Of a stretch of DNA of 64,000 bases, positions 9,101-23,267 are shown piece by piece. Under the pieces are notes generated by a model. It was not told the DNA's origin, made no database searches, and worked only from the letters and a program-made list of their open reading frames with translations. Positions within the stretch are counted from its first letter, which is position 1. Every line of letters begins with the position of its first letter. The position numbers and the translations under genes were made by a program. The DNA comes from Selaginella moellendorffii (taxonomy: Eukaryota > Plantae > Lycopodiophyta): contig NW_003314265.1 in assembly GCF_000143415.4 (NCBI RefSeq), positions 1,446,446 to 1,510,445 on the forward strand. The letters are read 5' to 3'.

Positions 9101-12100
9101 GTCGTGAGGGCATTAGATAAGGCCCAAGGGACTAAGTCCCTAGCAAATGATGGATAGGAGGTGCTATCCAAACGTCCAAGGTTGTGGAGACGGGAGAAAT
9201 CCGTCTACTCAATTTGGACAAAGCCAAAAATGGGATTTTGGCAAGGTTAGTGAAGGGTATATAGAGGCCCATAAGTAGCAACGTTAATCCCGATATGTGG
9301 GATTATAAGGTAAGCATGCCCAGATATAGGAACCACTCCCTAAGCTATCGGGTAGGTTCATCCCTATGAATATTTGCTAAGACATGGTAAAAGGTGCAAA
9401 GCTATCCTCCTAATTTTGAAGAGAATAACCGAAGAAAATATATGAAGCCAAAAGGCAAGTAGTATTGGGATAGAACTGAACTATAAAAATCGAAAGGCAT
9501 AACCAACAGTGGTTATGCAAGTTGGGAGTGGAGAATCAAGGGGTGCTTGAGGATGTTGTTACTAACAACCGCGATGTCATGGAAAGTTTAAAATGTGGAA
9601 TTATCCATGTTAGACCATATGGTGAGTAAGGAGCTTGCAAAAGAGAAGCCTTAGTAAGCTAAGGAATAGAGTTCCTTGAAAGTTCCCAAAAACAATTCTA
9701 AGTAGATAAGTATCTAGAAAGCCAAGTGTAAATGGTTCCTAGAGCACGCTAAATTAGAGTGGTGCAGCAAGTGCGTGGTCTTGAAGCTGGTCATGAGGTG
9801 AGGCTATCAAGGTTGGGGAAGTAGTTCCCGAGTGTTCAAAGAGAGGGCTTTAAACAAAAGTTGATGGTTAAGGACTTTCATGCTTATGCATAAACCATGT
9901 TACGGTGGCTGGATGACTTGCTAAGTGAGATTGGCAAGTCAGGGGAACAAATCCCTTAGTTGAAGGTGCTAACTTCAAAAGGGGTGGCCCATGGGGCCGA
10001 GCATGGAGGAGTCTATGCATGATCACAGACTTGTCAAGTGAGAGGACTTGGCAGTGCGGAGGAATTAGGTTCCTAAGCTGTGATTTATAGCGCGCTTTAA
10101 GTATAAGTTAGTGCACCAGTGTGGGGAGTCACGCTAGGCATCTTGGGTGATGCCATCTGTAAATGCATATACGGAGGTTGGGTTCGAGTCCCGACCCTCT
10201 AGTGCTTGGGTTTGAGTCCCAACTCATTAGAGCGTGGTGATGGTTTGGAATATGAGGACACTCATTTTTCAGTGGTCATAGACTCTCAGTAAGGAGATTA
10301 ACTTGGGCACACCGCCAAGAAGGGGATGCCCCGAAGTTGTGATGCATGGTTAGATTGCTTAGTGTGGCTCGATATATCTAACTTAAACACTTTGGTGCTA
10401 GTAGCACTAAAGGTGTGGTGAATGAGATGGGGACACCCAATCTTAGTTGTTATGGACCCTTGGCCGGAAGGGCTGGTTTGGGTGCACCGCCAAGTGTGGG
10501 GGATGCCCCCAGGGTCATGGTGAACAACTTAAAGGTCTAGAAGACCTAATACCTATTAGCAAACCTGTTAAAGTGCCAAGGTTAAATCACTAAGTGATCT
10601 TATGGCTAAAACAAGGACAAGGTCCTTGTGAGGTTAAGGAATAAGGTTCCTAATTCAAAGTGTTGATTTGAACTATTGATGATGGTGTGGCTTGGGCAAG
10701 GGGACTAAGTGGGAAGGACACCTAAGGGAAATGAGCTATGTCAAAATGATGGCATAGTGCGTCTGAAGAAAGTAGTTTCTATAAAAGACCCATGGGAGGG
10801 TCACTAAGTTGGGCCGTGGATAAAGCCCACAATAAAAAAATGCTAATGAAATGTACTAGGGGTGAGCACCCGCTAGACTTAGCAAAGTAGAGCCCTTGCC
10901 ATGGAACCAAAAAGATACCTCGAGAATGGAGGTAGTGATCCTATGTTGCTCAGTGCAACAATCAATGGATAAAAGCAAAAGACTAGTGGCCAAGTGTGGG
11001 TCATGGAGTTCATTGGAAGGAATCCAAATGGCAAAGTTAGGCATAAAACACTAATGTGTTGGATGCTAACGGATTGTGAGAAAGGAAGTGTGCTTCCAAG
11101 GATGGATTCCCAAATGCTCCAAGTTGGCGAAAGTGGAAGCTCCAAGGGGGGGGGGGGGGGAGCGGTAAGGTAGCCAAATAATAAGGCTATGGGCACAAAT
11201 TATGACAACTGGAATTTAGTGCCAAAGGTGGCACGATATCGAAGAAAGGATGATGGTGCCCTCAAGTAAAGAACTTCAAAGGATGGGGAAGTGGAATTGC
11301 ACCATGTGCAACGTAAGGTGTCGGAGACACCTAGGAAATTGACTTTGAGAAGTCAAAATTAAAAGTTCCAAAGTGCAAAGGTTATGTCGATGGAATCTGA
11401 GACTACTCGAGAATGAGTAGTGGAATTGAGTTAGAGAAGGTGTCTCTAACGAGTTTAGTAGGAACTGAACCAATAAAAGGGAGCAAATCATCCCAGGTGG
11501 TCAAATGAGTCTTTAAGTTGGAAAGACTATACTCCTTAAAGGATGGACAAGGTATGGTGAGCTTTTGGTGTCAAACCATAGACAAATATTGGCTAGGTGC
11601 CAAGGATGGAAATGATAATACGTGCAGATGTTACTTTATAAAAGGGTTTACTGTTCGATGAGGACATCGAATTTCGTCTATGGGTGGTAGAGTTGTGAGA
11701 CACAAAATCCTTATGCCCCAAAGTGGAGCCGAAAAGGTGCCACGTGGTAGTGGCCGAAGCAAAACCCAAACGAGCGTAATACGTTTGGACTAAAAACTCC
11801 AACTTGAAAAGGTCGAGAGCGGGAGTGGAACTCCCAACAAAGTGCTCGAAGAACAAACACGAAGTGGGCAATGAGTGAGTCTCTAGAAAAGGGACACAAG
11901 AGGACCAAAACATGACATATGGAGGAGTCCGAGATGGATCTAAGATGGAGTCCAAGATGGAGTCCGAGATGGACCCGAGATGGACCTGAGATGGAGTCCA
12001 AGATGGACCCAAGATGGAGTCCGAGATGGAGTCCGAGATGGATCTGAGATGGAGTCCAAGATGGAGTATGAGATGGACCCGAGATGGACCCGAGATAGAG

Positions 12101-13442
12101 TCCGCAATGGACCCGAGATAGACCCGAGATGGACCTGAGATGGAGTCCACGATGGACCCGAGATGGAGTCCGAGATGGACCTGAGATGGACCCGAGATGG
12201 AGTCCGAGATGGACCCGAGATGGAGTCTGAGATGGACTTAAGATGGACCCGAGATGGACCCGAGATGGAGTCCGAGATGGACCCGAAATGGAGTTCGAGA
12301 TGGACCCAAGATGGAGTCCAAGATGGAGTCTGAGATGGAATCGGGACCAAGACCGAGACCAAGACCGAGACCGAGTCCAAGTCCGAGGCCAGGACTGAGA
12401 CCAAGTCCAAGTCCGAGTCCGAGTTTGAATACTAATACAAGTAGTTGGGTGAAAGCCCAAAGTGATCGTCCCCCGGGGGGGGGGGGTTCCAAAAGTATAG
12501 TAGGGAGAGTGTGGGGGTTAGAGCCCAGTGGAGCCAGTTTGGCCAAGAAAGGCCAGTTTGGCCCAAGAAGGCCATACTTAGTGTTGGGTGATGAGTTGAC
12601 CACTGGGAAGTCTAAGACTAGAGTGAATACAGACTGACAAACCAGGTAGTTTGGTGAAGTGTTCAAGAGTCGGCTCTAGTTCCCCTGGGAGATCGAATGG
12701 TCAATGCTCCTAGTCCAAGTGTGGGTGGCACCACCTACTTGGATACCTGGTGTGGCTCAATGGAACCTCTCTCTAAGCCCATGGCTAGAGCACCCAAAGG
12801 TGAAAGGCAAGGAGAGTACCCATGAGGCTCGCATAGAGCCACGATGTTCTGAAATGTTGTCCCAAAGACCCAGACTATGGAAAGGAAGAGAAGCAATCCT
12901 TTGGGGTAGTGACCAAGGATACAGTCTTGTGGCAAGGAAGTCCCAAAGGACAGTGGGGCTTAGTGGTTAAACCTGTGGGCCTTGATCTAGTGGCAGTGTT
13001 GGTGAACAGGGCCATAGACAGAAAGGGACTTGGTGGGGACTGGAAAAGGGATATTGGGGAAGGCTATTCCCCATGTTTGTGGGCATCCTAAGGATGCTAA
13101 GGAGTGGATCTGAGACGATCACTCATGAACGGATGGCTTAGTCTTTGAGAGATGGGACTGTGATGGAGGTGGTGTCAGACCACCGGTGTGACCAAAGTGA
13201 ATGAGCATGGCCTTAGCGTAACGGGCTGATATGTTGGTGGTACCTTGGGGTGTTGATCATGGGATCGGACACGTGGAGCACTTGGACCAAGTGCAATGGT
13301 TGAGTGGCATGGATGTCATTTTTGGGGCTAGCAAGTCCCTAATTCCAGAATAAGACTTATGGAGGTTGTGAATGAGACTCTTCCAAGTGGTCGGAGGTGT
13401 GGTTAAGTGACTAAAGTAGGATGGAAAATTTAGCCGCTTACG
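6111..13442 (+). mobile_element. Non-autonomous large LTR element (LARD-like), family N copy N1, inserted in gag of element B
   Basis: LTRs 6111-7636 and 11694-13442 (TGTGAG..CTTACA/CG); PBS TGGTATCAGAG at 7640; PPT before 11694; TSD CATGG/AATGG; ~4.06-kb internal region without long ORFs. Confidence 0.9.
7640..7650 (+). promoter_or_regulatory. Primer-binding site complementary to the 3' end of initiator tRNA-Met
   Basis: TGGTATCAGAG, 3 nt after the LTR-terminal CA. Confidence 0.85.
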
Positions 13443-16400
13443 AATGGGTGATATAAATGCATTCCATGCTTTTATATAAGGTTTACAGACCTAGGCTTGG
13501 GGCAAGTTGATGCATTAAAACCTAACCAACTACAAGGAAGTATTAGATGTAGCTATTAAGATGCATTTCAATAATAACTTGTAAAAAGGGAACATAATGG
13601 GATTGAAATTCATGTTTAGCAAAAGAGCCAAATCAAGGGGGATATATGGCAAAAGAAAATTTAGAAAGAATTTCTTTAAGAATGAATCCTCGAGGTTTTG
13701 GAAAGGTAAATCCAATGGCCAAAGAGTAATAACATAGGGGAGTCAAGCAAAATAGGACAAACCCACTAATAAAAAAACAAAGTCTACTAACAATTTAGGA
13801 AACAATATATGCTACAATTGCAATAAAGCGGGACATTTCTCAAGAGAATATCCTTACCTGAAAAAAGCCAAAGTCAATATAGTTATTAAGTCAGGTGAAA
13901 TCTAAATTGAAGTGTATAATCTAGTCCCTAACTTAAAAATACTCATTATATGAGCAACTTTGGTAGAGAGTCATTCATGACTGCTCAACAAGTATATAAA
14001 GAAGAATAAGTACCCTTTACCAAGGATTGAGGATTTATTTAATAGGTTGGGAAAGGCAAAATACTTTTCAAGAATTAATTTAAGGCAAAAAAACTAGCAA
14101 AGGAAGATATTAAGAAGACAACATGTCGAATGAGATATAGAAGCTTTGAGTTTTTGGTGATACCCTTTGGGTTGCAATGCACTGGTAATGTTCTCAACAT
14201 TGATAGACTATATTTTTGTATTTTATTTAGATCATTTCATAGTAAAACGCTAGAGGAGCATGTTGTACATTTGACAAAGGTGTTTAAGAAACTAAGAGAA
14301 TACACATTGTATGCCAAAATAAGCAAATATAACTTTGTTCAATAAAAGGTAAAGTTTCTCAAATATGTGGTGGGCAAAAAAGAGTTCAAACTCTTAAAAA
14401 GTCCAAGCAATCTAAAAATAAGAATAACCATCAAATATACATAAGTTAAAAGCATTTTTGGAGCTATGCAACTACTATCGAAAGTTTATCAAACACTATT
14501 ACCAAACTTCAATAAGGATTTTGAGGTAAAAATGGATATTTCAAACTTTGTGTTAGATGCAGATTTGAAGTAAGATAACCACCTTGTGGCATTCTTTTTG
14601 AAAAAGTTGTACAAGGCTTAGCAAAAGCTTTGTACAACTATTCAAGTCAGAGGCAATAAGCCACCTTACCAATTAAACTTGATTAAAAAGTTATACAAGG
14701 CTCAAATTGGTAAGGTGGCTTATTGCCTCTGACTTCTCTGGGAGATATAAAAGATGTATCTTGTATTCCACATAAACTTACTCAAGTTATACTTTGAAGA
14801 CCTACTTCGCAAAAACCAAGTAAGACTTTTACCCGATGTTATTTAAGAGAAGAGAGAATACAAAATCGATGTATATGCAAGAATAAGTGACAAAGATGTA
14901 AAGTGAAAGAGTTCTATATAAAATGGAAAAGAGTTCCACTTTGCAAAGTAATATAGAAACCAAAGGAGAATTTGATGAATGTGTGAGATTTAATGAAGGA
15001 ATCTTTGTAAGGTAAAACTTTATGTACTTAGACAGTTCAGTTAAAGTATTAAGCAACACCAAGATATAAATATTTTATGTTTAATAAAATAAATATTTAT
15101 CTTTTAGTAATGTAAAGTCTTTTAAATATGTTTTTCATTACACCATTAAAATATTTTTTCTTATAAAACTATGTTTTATTAAATTTTCATAAAATAGTTT
15201 TCTTTATAAATCTGAAAATAAAAAAGGTTGGATTTTAAAATAATGTATAATAATTTATATTATCTTAAAATGAAGAGTTTTAATTTGATTTTTATTGAAG
15301 TAGTGATTGTGCACTATATAAGAAATTATATTACTAATAATTGTTATAACTTATAATAAAATAAAAGGCTATACATAAAGTTTAATTTCACAACTCAAAC
15401 ATTTTTATTTATATTGTATTACTTTTATATTATCTTTTAATTTTTTATTTATAATTTTTACTTAATGTTTAAAGTAAATATTCTAAGAATTTGATATTTT
15501 TATAATATTTATGAAATTAACATCTGATTAATAATATAGTATATTACAATTTATATGCTCTCTTTAAAATAAAAATTTAAAACTCATTTACATAGTTACA
15601 AGGATTATCAAAGTCTTACAAATCTATTTTCTAAGAGTTGAATTGGTGCTAGAAAAACTAACTTCATAATTTTTTTAAAAATGATGGACTATTAGAAAAA
15701 GGCTAATCATCTAAAAAACTCTAAGACCATTTAATTATAAATTAATTATGATATTTTAAAGAGTGTTATATGAAATTAATATTTTATTATATAAATGCCT
15801 AAAATTTAACAAAATTAGACTCACTAATCAGTCATAATAATGTATATTTTGATATTTTAGGATATTCTACTATCTAATGGTTGTTATTCATTTAGATTAA
15901 TCTTGTATTTATAATTTATAAACTTGCTTAAACACTTTCTAGTATATTTTTTTTATTCTACCATCTAATGGTTGATATGCAATAAGATTAATCTTGTGTT
16001 TATAAATTATAAACATGTTTTTAATTATAAATTTTTATTTGATCAATTGGATTAATAAGTAGGAATAACACTATTATTAAAAAAACCAAGCGTTGCTAGA
16101 TGCAACACATAACAAATTATTTATTTAAATGAAGCTAGCTTGAAAGCAAATATTGTAGATTTTCTACAAGATATTTGATGAGATTATAATTCTTATATTT
16201 TTTGTTTTATTTATTAGTAATTCTTTATTGAACCATCATTTTAAATACCTTAAAAAGCTAAAGTAAGTTTATTAGTTAACACATGGTAGACTTTCTGCGA
16301 GTGTTTAGCTTGGACCTTCACTGAGCTGACTGATCTGACGACCCCCAGCTCCAAATGAAGGTAAAAGCTAAGCACCGTCTCCCGGAACGAGAGAACGAAC

Positions 16401-16443
16401 GTACAACAGAGAAAAAAGTAGGGAGAAAAAATAATCTCGGTGC

Positions 16444-18094
16444 TTAGCTTCCTAGCCATTGCACTGCAGCAACAGCAGCTCTTTTGGGGACGAGATTGCC
16501 AAGACTGCTAAGTTCATCGTGCTTGCCAAGCTCGCCTGCCTGCACTGGAGTTGTAAGAAGAAAAGCTCTACATGGCATTACAAGTGAAGTCGATTTTACC
16601 TCGAGCTGTCCTACTAGTCTGACATTAGTGTTGCATCTGCCTTGCAAGGAATGAATCAAACCTAAACTATATAGAATGCAGCCATCATTACCTCGTGTTG
16701 CTCCAGTCGTCGCGTCCGCTGGAGCTGGAATTTGGAGACTGCGCCTCCTCTGCCATCTCCTCCATGTTTTTCTCTGCAAGAGAGAGGGCGGGGCGGACTT
16801 CCATGAGCATAAATAAATCCCGAGCACCAAAAGGAGAGAAAATAATGCACAATTCCTTGCAGCTCACCTGTCAACGTAGCCTTGTCCGTTGTCTTCACCG
16901 TCCTATACATCTGCCATTCAAAATTTCAACCAAAGAAGATCTCTCAGCCACAATTCAAGAGGAAGAATAACAAGAAGAAGAAAACAAAACACCACAGGAA
17001 AAAAACTCCACTGTCCTGCCATCCTTCCGAGACTATGAATTTGCAAAGTACCTGGAGATGGCTTTTTACGTGAGCCAGCGTGAGCTCCTTGACGTTCATC
17101 AATTCCAGGACCGTCTTGGGCGTAGCTCCTGCGCAAAGGAAAGAACCATAAGTAACGAAACGAAGGAAGAATGAATGACGTGACCAGCGAGAGCGAGAGA
17201 GGACCAGCTATGGAGGTAATACATGCGAGGTACCGCTGCTACTATATACACTCGAGAAGCAAGGAAGGAATTCGTCCATGACACACACAGTGTAGAGAGG
17301 AAAGGAACGCGAGAGGAGGGGTGGGCGGTACAAAGCATGAGAGGGGCGTGGAGAGGAGACGTACTTTCGTGGCCTCCAAGCCTTTCAACCGCCTTCACGA
17401 AGTGGGCATGGAGATTGCTGGTCCAACGCATCCTCTGTGCACGTGCACTGCGCTTCACGGGCAATTTGGAGATGATCCGCGAGCGCTGCTGCGATGGAGC
17501 ACTGACGACGATCGACTCCCGCAGCGAATTCTCACTCCCGCCCATCTTCTCGATCTTCTTCTGCTGCTCCTGGCAATGACCACTGTGGGAATTCGAATTC
17601 CCCACCGCCGGAGCTGGATCGTGATGCTCCTGGGTGATCTCCGTGACTGGAGCAAACCGGAGGCCATACGCCGGCGCGCGGGAGAGGAAGTCGATGCCTT
17701 GGCGGGGATAGTGATCGCCATCCGGGCTGGATGATCTCATTCCAATCCGGAAGAGGCCATCGATGGAGGAATTGCGGTCGCTCCTGGCCGCATGCATTGA
17801 GGCATGGTGGTGGTGGTGGTCGATCTCACCGCTGTGCGCGCGATAGAGGAAGCTCCTCCCCAGGCTCAATTCCGTGGACGCCTCCACGGCCTCGAGGTGG
17901 TGGTGCTCGCCTCGCGGGGAATAGTTGCTGCTGGAGCAGTCGCTGCTGCTGCTGCTGCCCCCGGATTTCTTCCAGATCTCAAACGCCGACGTGCCGTCGT
18001 GGTGCGATCCTCCTCCCCGGATCGCTGGAGGCGTGCTGATGCGCAGCGACAGATCGGGCTCGGCCGGGGCGAGGAGCCTGATGGGCATTTCCAT
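16444..18094 (-). CDS. KAN: KANADI-like GARP (SHLQMYR) transcription factor, multi-exon; 3' exons uncertain
   Basis: Exons 18094-17365, 17128-17052, 16910-16868 and 16773-16692 join to PDLSLRIS..KRSARAQRMRWTSNLHAHFVKAVERLGGHERATPKTVLELMNVKELTLAHVKSHLQMYRTVKTTD, with GT-AG junctions. Confidence 0.88.
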
Positions 18095-20097
18095 TTGTGC
18101 AGCGGGCAATCAGCGAGAGATCTGGAATGGATCGCTTGCCGAGGAGGAGAAGACGATCGCTGGTGGCAGTGTCCTTGGCGTCGAGGAGGGAGCCAATACA
18201 TATAGAGATGTGACTGCCAGAAAAGAGAAAAGGAGAGGAATGCTCGCTGGAGAGATGAGAGATGCCGCCTATTGCGTGTAGAAGCGATGTTTATCCTCAC
18301 AAAAATGTGTAGATGCCGCTGCTGGCGGCATCGCGAAGGAAAAACCCCATTTCTTCTTTTTCAGAGCTCCAAGGCAAGAAAAGAAGCTCCCTCTCCAGAG
18401 AGAAAGAAGAAAGGAGGGAGCAAAAGCCCTGGCGCGATCTCTCGACACAAGCAAGGAATCTGCCGATCAAGTCCAAGGAATCTGGGAGCAAATGCGTAGA
18501 AAAGCAACCTGGGGAGCGAGAGAGAGCGAGAGATAAGAGAATGGAAATCGTTCCAAAGCGAGAATATCGATCGATCAATCCATCGATCGCAGCGCCTCCA
18601 AATCTTTATCCCTTCCCGGGCCGAGTCTTGGCGATCCCCAGCTGGTCGATCGATCCGGCGTCGTCAAATCTTGCCCCGCATTTTCTTGGAGAGCAAAGCG
18701 CGACCAAAGAAAATTCTTTTTTAACCTAAAACGCCATGCCGCAAGCGGCGCGCGAATATTCCGTCGCCCCTGTGCGTGGTGGCAGTGTACTTGGATCATT
18801 TCTTGTGGCAGCGGCTACGTCGATGATAAGACGATCTCCGTATGGATCATGAAACCAGCGCCGCAAATCAACGGTGGTTACGACAAGCGCCACCCTGGGA
18901 ATCGACGGCGGTGTCGAGCGCAACCAGCGAGAAGAACAAATTTAATCGAGTCGAGAGGAGAATCCCCTCTCGAGACTGGAGAACAAGGAATTTCCGGTCG
19001 ATTGGATCAATCGATCGATTGATACAAAGAGCGATGATCGATATCGATCCAACAAGGACACGCGTGTCTCGTTGCTAGGCAATAGCTAGTCATGGAAAAA
19101 ACTATGCAAGGAAGACGAAAATTCCGTCACTGGAAACATTCCTCGCGCAACAACAGGTCCGCGACTGCGATGTGTTTGAAAGTTTTTTTTTTAAAAACTA
19201 CCGGATGATGACGTGGACGTGGTTTTTTGCCACATTGACGTGGCGCGGATATGCTTTTCAGTGGGGAGGGAATCTTCTTCCTTGGGTGAAATCAATCATT
19301 GTATGGGAGGGAAAGGAAAAATTCCATGAAGATTCCACCAGTGCCTTGCTTCATGTCAAAGCATATATGCGCCATTAGGGGGTAATTTACTCGAAAGAAA
19401 CCACGCGACTCAACGTACAAACAATAGCCTAAAAATCAAACAGTGACAAGGTGGGACTTTGTTGTGTGTCCCCAGAAAAAAAATTTGAGGTTTTTGGGAG
19501 GGTTTGATTTGGCACTTGGGGTGGTGGGCTTGTGAATAAGCCCACATCTTTGGCATTTTCAAAGCGGCTTTGGCAAATATTCCACAGCACCCAGAGACAA
19601 GCGACTTTAGAACGCAAAGAGCAAAGTTTCAGGCCTTTCTCTTTCTTTCTCTTTCTCTTTTTTGTTTTCTTTCTTTTTTTTTTTTTTTTCGTGTGTTGCT
19701 TCGTCCTCTCTTCGCAGGAAGCCATTTGCGGGAGACCAAGTGGCAAGTGTCCAAAGCGATTTGATTGTGTTTGTCTCGACTTGATCTAGATTTTCTCTTG
19801 CTCGGCACGACTTTGCTCGAGCTGCCAATCCAAAAATGTTGATCAAATTTGGATTTGATAAATTCCAAGTTAACTACAAATGAGACTGTTTCTAGAATCT
19901 AGATTCGTCACACTGTAGTTTCTATTTTCTGCCACCAAGAAGATCAATTCTTTTTTACAAGCAGACCTTTTATACTTCGAAAGAAAAATCCAATGTAAAA
20001 AGAAAGAAAAAATGAAAAAAATTTCAAAGTTTACTCACAGTATGGCTCTTTTTTTCTTTCCCATGCCATCCAACGCTATGGTACACATCAACGTCGA

Positions 20098-23000
20098 TCA
20101 TCGCCTCCCAACCGGTTGGAACACCCCCGAGAAGTTTGGAATCCTGTTGAGGTGCTTGAGAGACTTCTCCGCCAGCTGCCTCGACCTGTAGTTGCCATGG
20201 CGGAACGCGTCCACCAGCGAGCTGTGCACGTCGCCGCTCCCAGCGATGGTCTGAGCCGCCTCCGCGCTGCGGAGAACTCTCTCCAGGATCCACACCGATC
20301 GCTCCCTCAGCCCCTCGGTCCGGTGCTCCTGGAGGATCGCCATCACCGGCGGGATGGCCCCCGCATTGCTCAGCACCTGGACGCCTCGCTCGACGTCGCA
20401 AGGCTCCTGGATGAGCGTCGACAGCGCCTGGAGCGTCGCCTCCACGATGTCCGTGTCCCTGTGCTCCAGGCACGCCACCAGAGGATCCACGGCCCCGGCC
20501 TCGACCAAGCAAAACGTGCTTTTGGCGGAGCACCGGCCCGAGTGGACTGGACAGAGCCCCGCCGCCGGTTGCCTGCTCGGCTTCTTGAAGCAGCTGAACC
20601 ACCCGCCTGCTTGAGCCGGAGGCTCCGGAACCTCCGAGAGGTGCTTCGACTTCATGGACATGTTCTCGAGAGCTATGGCCGACCAGCGCTGGACTTCGTC
20701 CAGGGACACCGTCTGGAGCAAGGACGTGAACAGCGTGCACAGGTTGTTGTCCGTGGCAATGTTGAGCATGTCGGGGTCGTCCAAGTCGTACGTGAACCTC
20801 GCCAGAATGGTGACGAGACCCGACTGGAACGGTCCCACGTACTTCCCGGCTCCGATTCTCACCACCCCGCGCTTGAGATCGTTGATCCGGCTGAGGAGAA
20901 TGGAGACGACTCCTTCCTCCATGAGTGCCCGAGTAAGATTGTAGTCCGTGACTGGGAGGTTTGCTAAAAGCCCCGCAGCCGCTGCCATTTCCACGTTCAC
21001 TCCGCTTTGTCCCAGTAACTTGACGAGCGTCCCCAGCTGCCGAGTTGTTATTCGTAAACCGTCCGCTAGATCCTGTCCCATGTATGGAGAGAGGCAGGAC
21101 AGCAGCCTGACCGACGTAACGAGTAGCTCTTTCTGCTGCGCTTCCAGGAACTGGATGAGAGTTACCAGAGCACCGGCACTCTTGATGTGGGAGACGACGT
21201 CCGAGACACCGCGGGGCGAAGAGGCCAACCCGAGAAGAACTTGGAGAAGCTTTGCTCCTATTGCTGGACCCGTGTTGCTGATGAGAAGTAGCAAGTTGTG
21301 AACGTACTGCTCTGATGTTAACGTGTTGCCTTCGTTGTCTACTGCCACATCCTCCCAATCTGTGCATGAGTTTACTACGTTGGCCAGTACCGTGGCGGCG
21401 ACCTCTTTCAACTTTGGAACCTGACTTATTCCCGACATGAAGAGGTCCCTCAGCAACGGTGGCAGTATGCCGGCTTTAATCAACAAACAACCGTTGCTGT
21501 CAAGAGTTGAAAGCGCTCGCAAAGCTTTCAACGATACCTCTCGATAGCCAGCCTTGTTGCTCTCTAGCATCTCTATCAAAACGTTGCTTCCCGACTCAGC
21601 AAGCCTCTCCTTTCCCTCGCTGTTAAGTGCTATGTCCGCGATATAACTAGCCATTTGTATTCTCAGTTCATCCGGACCTGTGAAGACATTCAACGGAAAA
21701 TTAGAGAAAACTTCTCAAACCGGGAGCTTACCCTCTAAGAGACGTGTAATCAAGGGCTTAAGTCGTCCATTCTCCGCCATTTGCCGTACGTTCGCATCGC
21801 ACATTTCAAGGTTGTTAAGTGTGTCGTCCGCTCTTTGGGCTGACAGCACATTTTCGGACTTGCTGCTTGTCATTCCGACGAGTATCAGTATTGCTCCACT
21901 AGAAGCTCCAATTTTCTCGCATAGCGTGTATGACTTTGAGAGTTCCAGCAGCAATGACACGGCTTCTTCTCGTTCACGTGATAACTCGCGAGACAAGCAT
22001 TTGACAGCACTCCAGACAGCAGTTGTTTGCCCAATCGCTTCCTGTCGCCACTCCAAAATATTAGTATATTCTCACTTGTATAGAAGAGCTTTACCTTGAT
22101 ATCGTCATCATCCTCGGCAAGAACTCTTAAAGTCTGGAGTGCCTTGCATCGAACTTCCTCCCCATTCTTGAGACGATCCACGAGAATCGGTATCAGCCCT
22201 TCATTTCTAACTTTCGCCTTGATGTGCCGATTGCGACGACAAAGCTCCTGTATGTCCTCCATAGCCTCAATCATATCCGCTTCTGGACTTCCTGCGTCCA
22301 GCATTGGAACAGCATTTTCGATACGAGTTGACTCATTCCTGGCATGCCATTCCTCAATCGCGTTTCTTATCGCGATGCTGGCCTTCAAGTCCAGACTTTG
22401 CAGCTTCTTTGATGTCTGAGGGCAGATGGCAGGCTTCTTGTTGTCTTGGCAGTTCGCGAAAAAGGCCTCGATGGCCTTCCGCTCGTATGTTTTCCCCGTC
22501 TCGACAATCGTCACTGGATCCGACATCACTCTCCCAGTCAACGGGCAGAGAAACGCCTCGTAAGGATCCTCGTAGCGTCGCCGCTGCCGAGACTCGTGGT
22601 AGTTACCGCTGCTGCGTCCATGATGTCTCTTGACAACGTTATCAAACATGACAGCGATCAAGTTGGACATGTGAAGGTCGTCCGGCCCCTGGATGTCCTT
22701 CTTCAACAGATCAATGTGGTTCTTGAGTGCGTGCGGGTTATTCGAAAAGTCCTCCACACCAACAGTCCGCGCAATGTCCACCAGCAAGCTGTTTTGGAGG
22801 GCGAGATCACTTCGAATGCTGCTCGTCTCCCTTTCTAGAGCACGACAAATCCGGTCCTCGGACTCCTTCACCTGGAACCGTATCCGCTGCATCTCCTGCG
22901 AAAGGTTCCCGACCATCTTCTTTGTCTCGTCCGTCCCAGGCAATGACGCCACAGGAACAAGCTCCAGGCTTTTCCCCATGTCGTGAGTGACACTTTCTAG

Positions 23001-23267
23001 CTGCCTTACCACGCTTCTACAGTGCGTGAGCAAGTACATCTGGCTCTTGTTGTTACACAGGCTGATGAGATCAGTGGCGGACTCCAGATCCTTTTCAAGC
23101 ACCTGGACCAAGTCGTCATGCTTGCTCCCTTGCTGTAGCTCGAGGGCAATTGGAACCAGCTTTTCCAAGTACCCAGCCAGTTGCGAGAAGCTGTCGTGCT
23201 CGAACTTCACCTGGCGAGCAGACTGAGCTACGGTCGTCAGCTTCTCAGAAAAATGCCGCCCTGACAT
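20098..23267 (-). CDS. U-box/ARM-repeat E3 ubiquitin ligase (PUB43/PUB44-SAUL1-like), 3 exons
   Basis: U-box FLCPLTGRVMSDPV..TYERKAIE..CP; ARM repeats; C-terminal CPVHSGRCS..FCL motif; introns 22042-22094 and 21678-21731. Confidence 0.92.

Larger units (their letters stand above)
4939..15060 (+). mobile_element. Older, decayed copy of the same chromovirus family (element B): 5' LTR remnant, PBS, gag and deleted pol; interrupted by N1
   Basis: 4939-5308 resembles LTR A 4561-4938 and ends TTACA; TGGTATC PBS at 5312. The gag reads through across the insertion (..ILATDMG|DINAFHAF..). CYNCNKAGHFSRE zinc knuckle at ~13810; RT/RH/chromodomain remnants at 13975-15060 are similar to 725-3420. Confidence 0.8.

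Noticed and set aside
7637-11693. Hidden gag/pol in the family-N interior
   Set aside because: No ORF above ~105 aa, ORFs not preserved between four copies and no RT/INT motifs recognised; very ancient remnants cannot be excluded without an HMM search
11920-12425. CRISPR-like array
   Set aside because: Head-to-tail 11/12-bp units with no unique spacers, in a eukaryotic LTR; no cas genes
20024-21367. Alternative-frame and antisense ORFs over the U-box gene (likewise over KAN, WRKY and the methyltransferase)
   Set aside because: Shadow ORFs expected from GC-rich codon usage; no recognisable motifs
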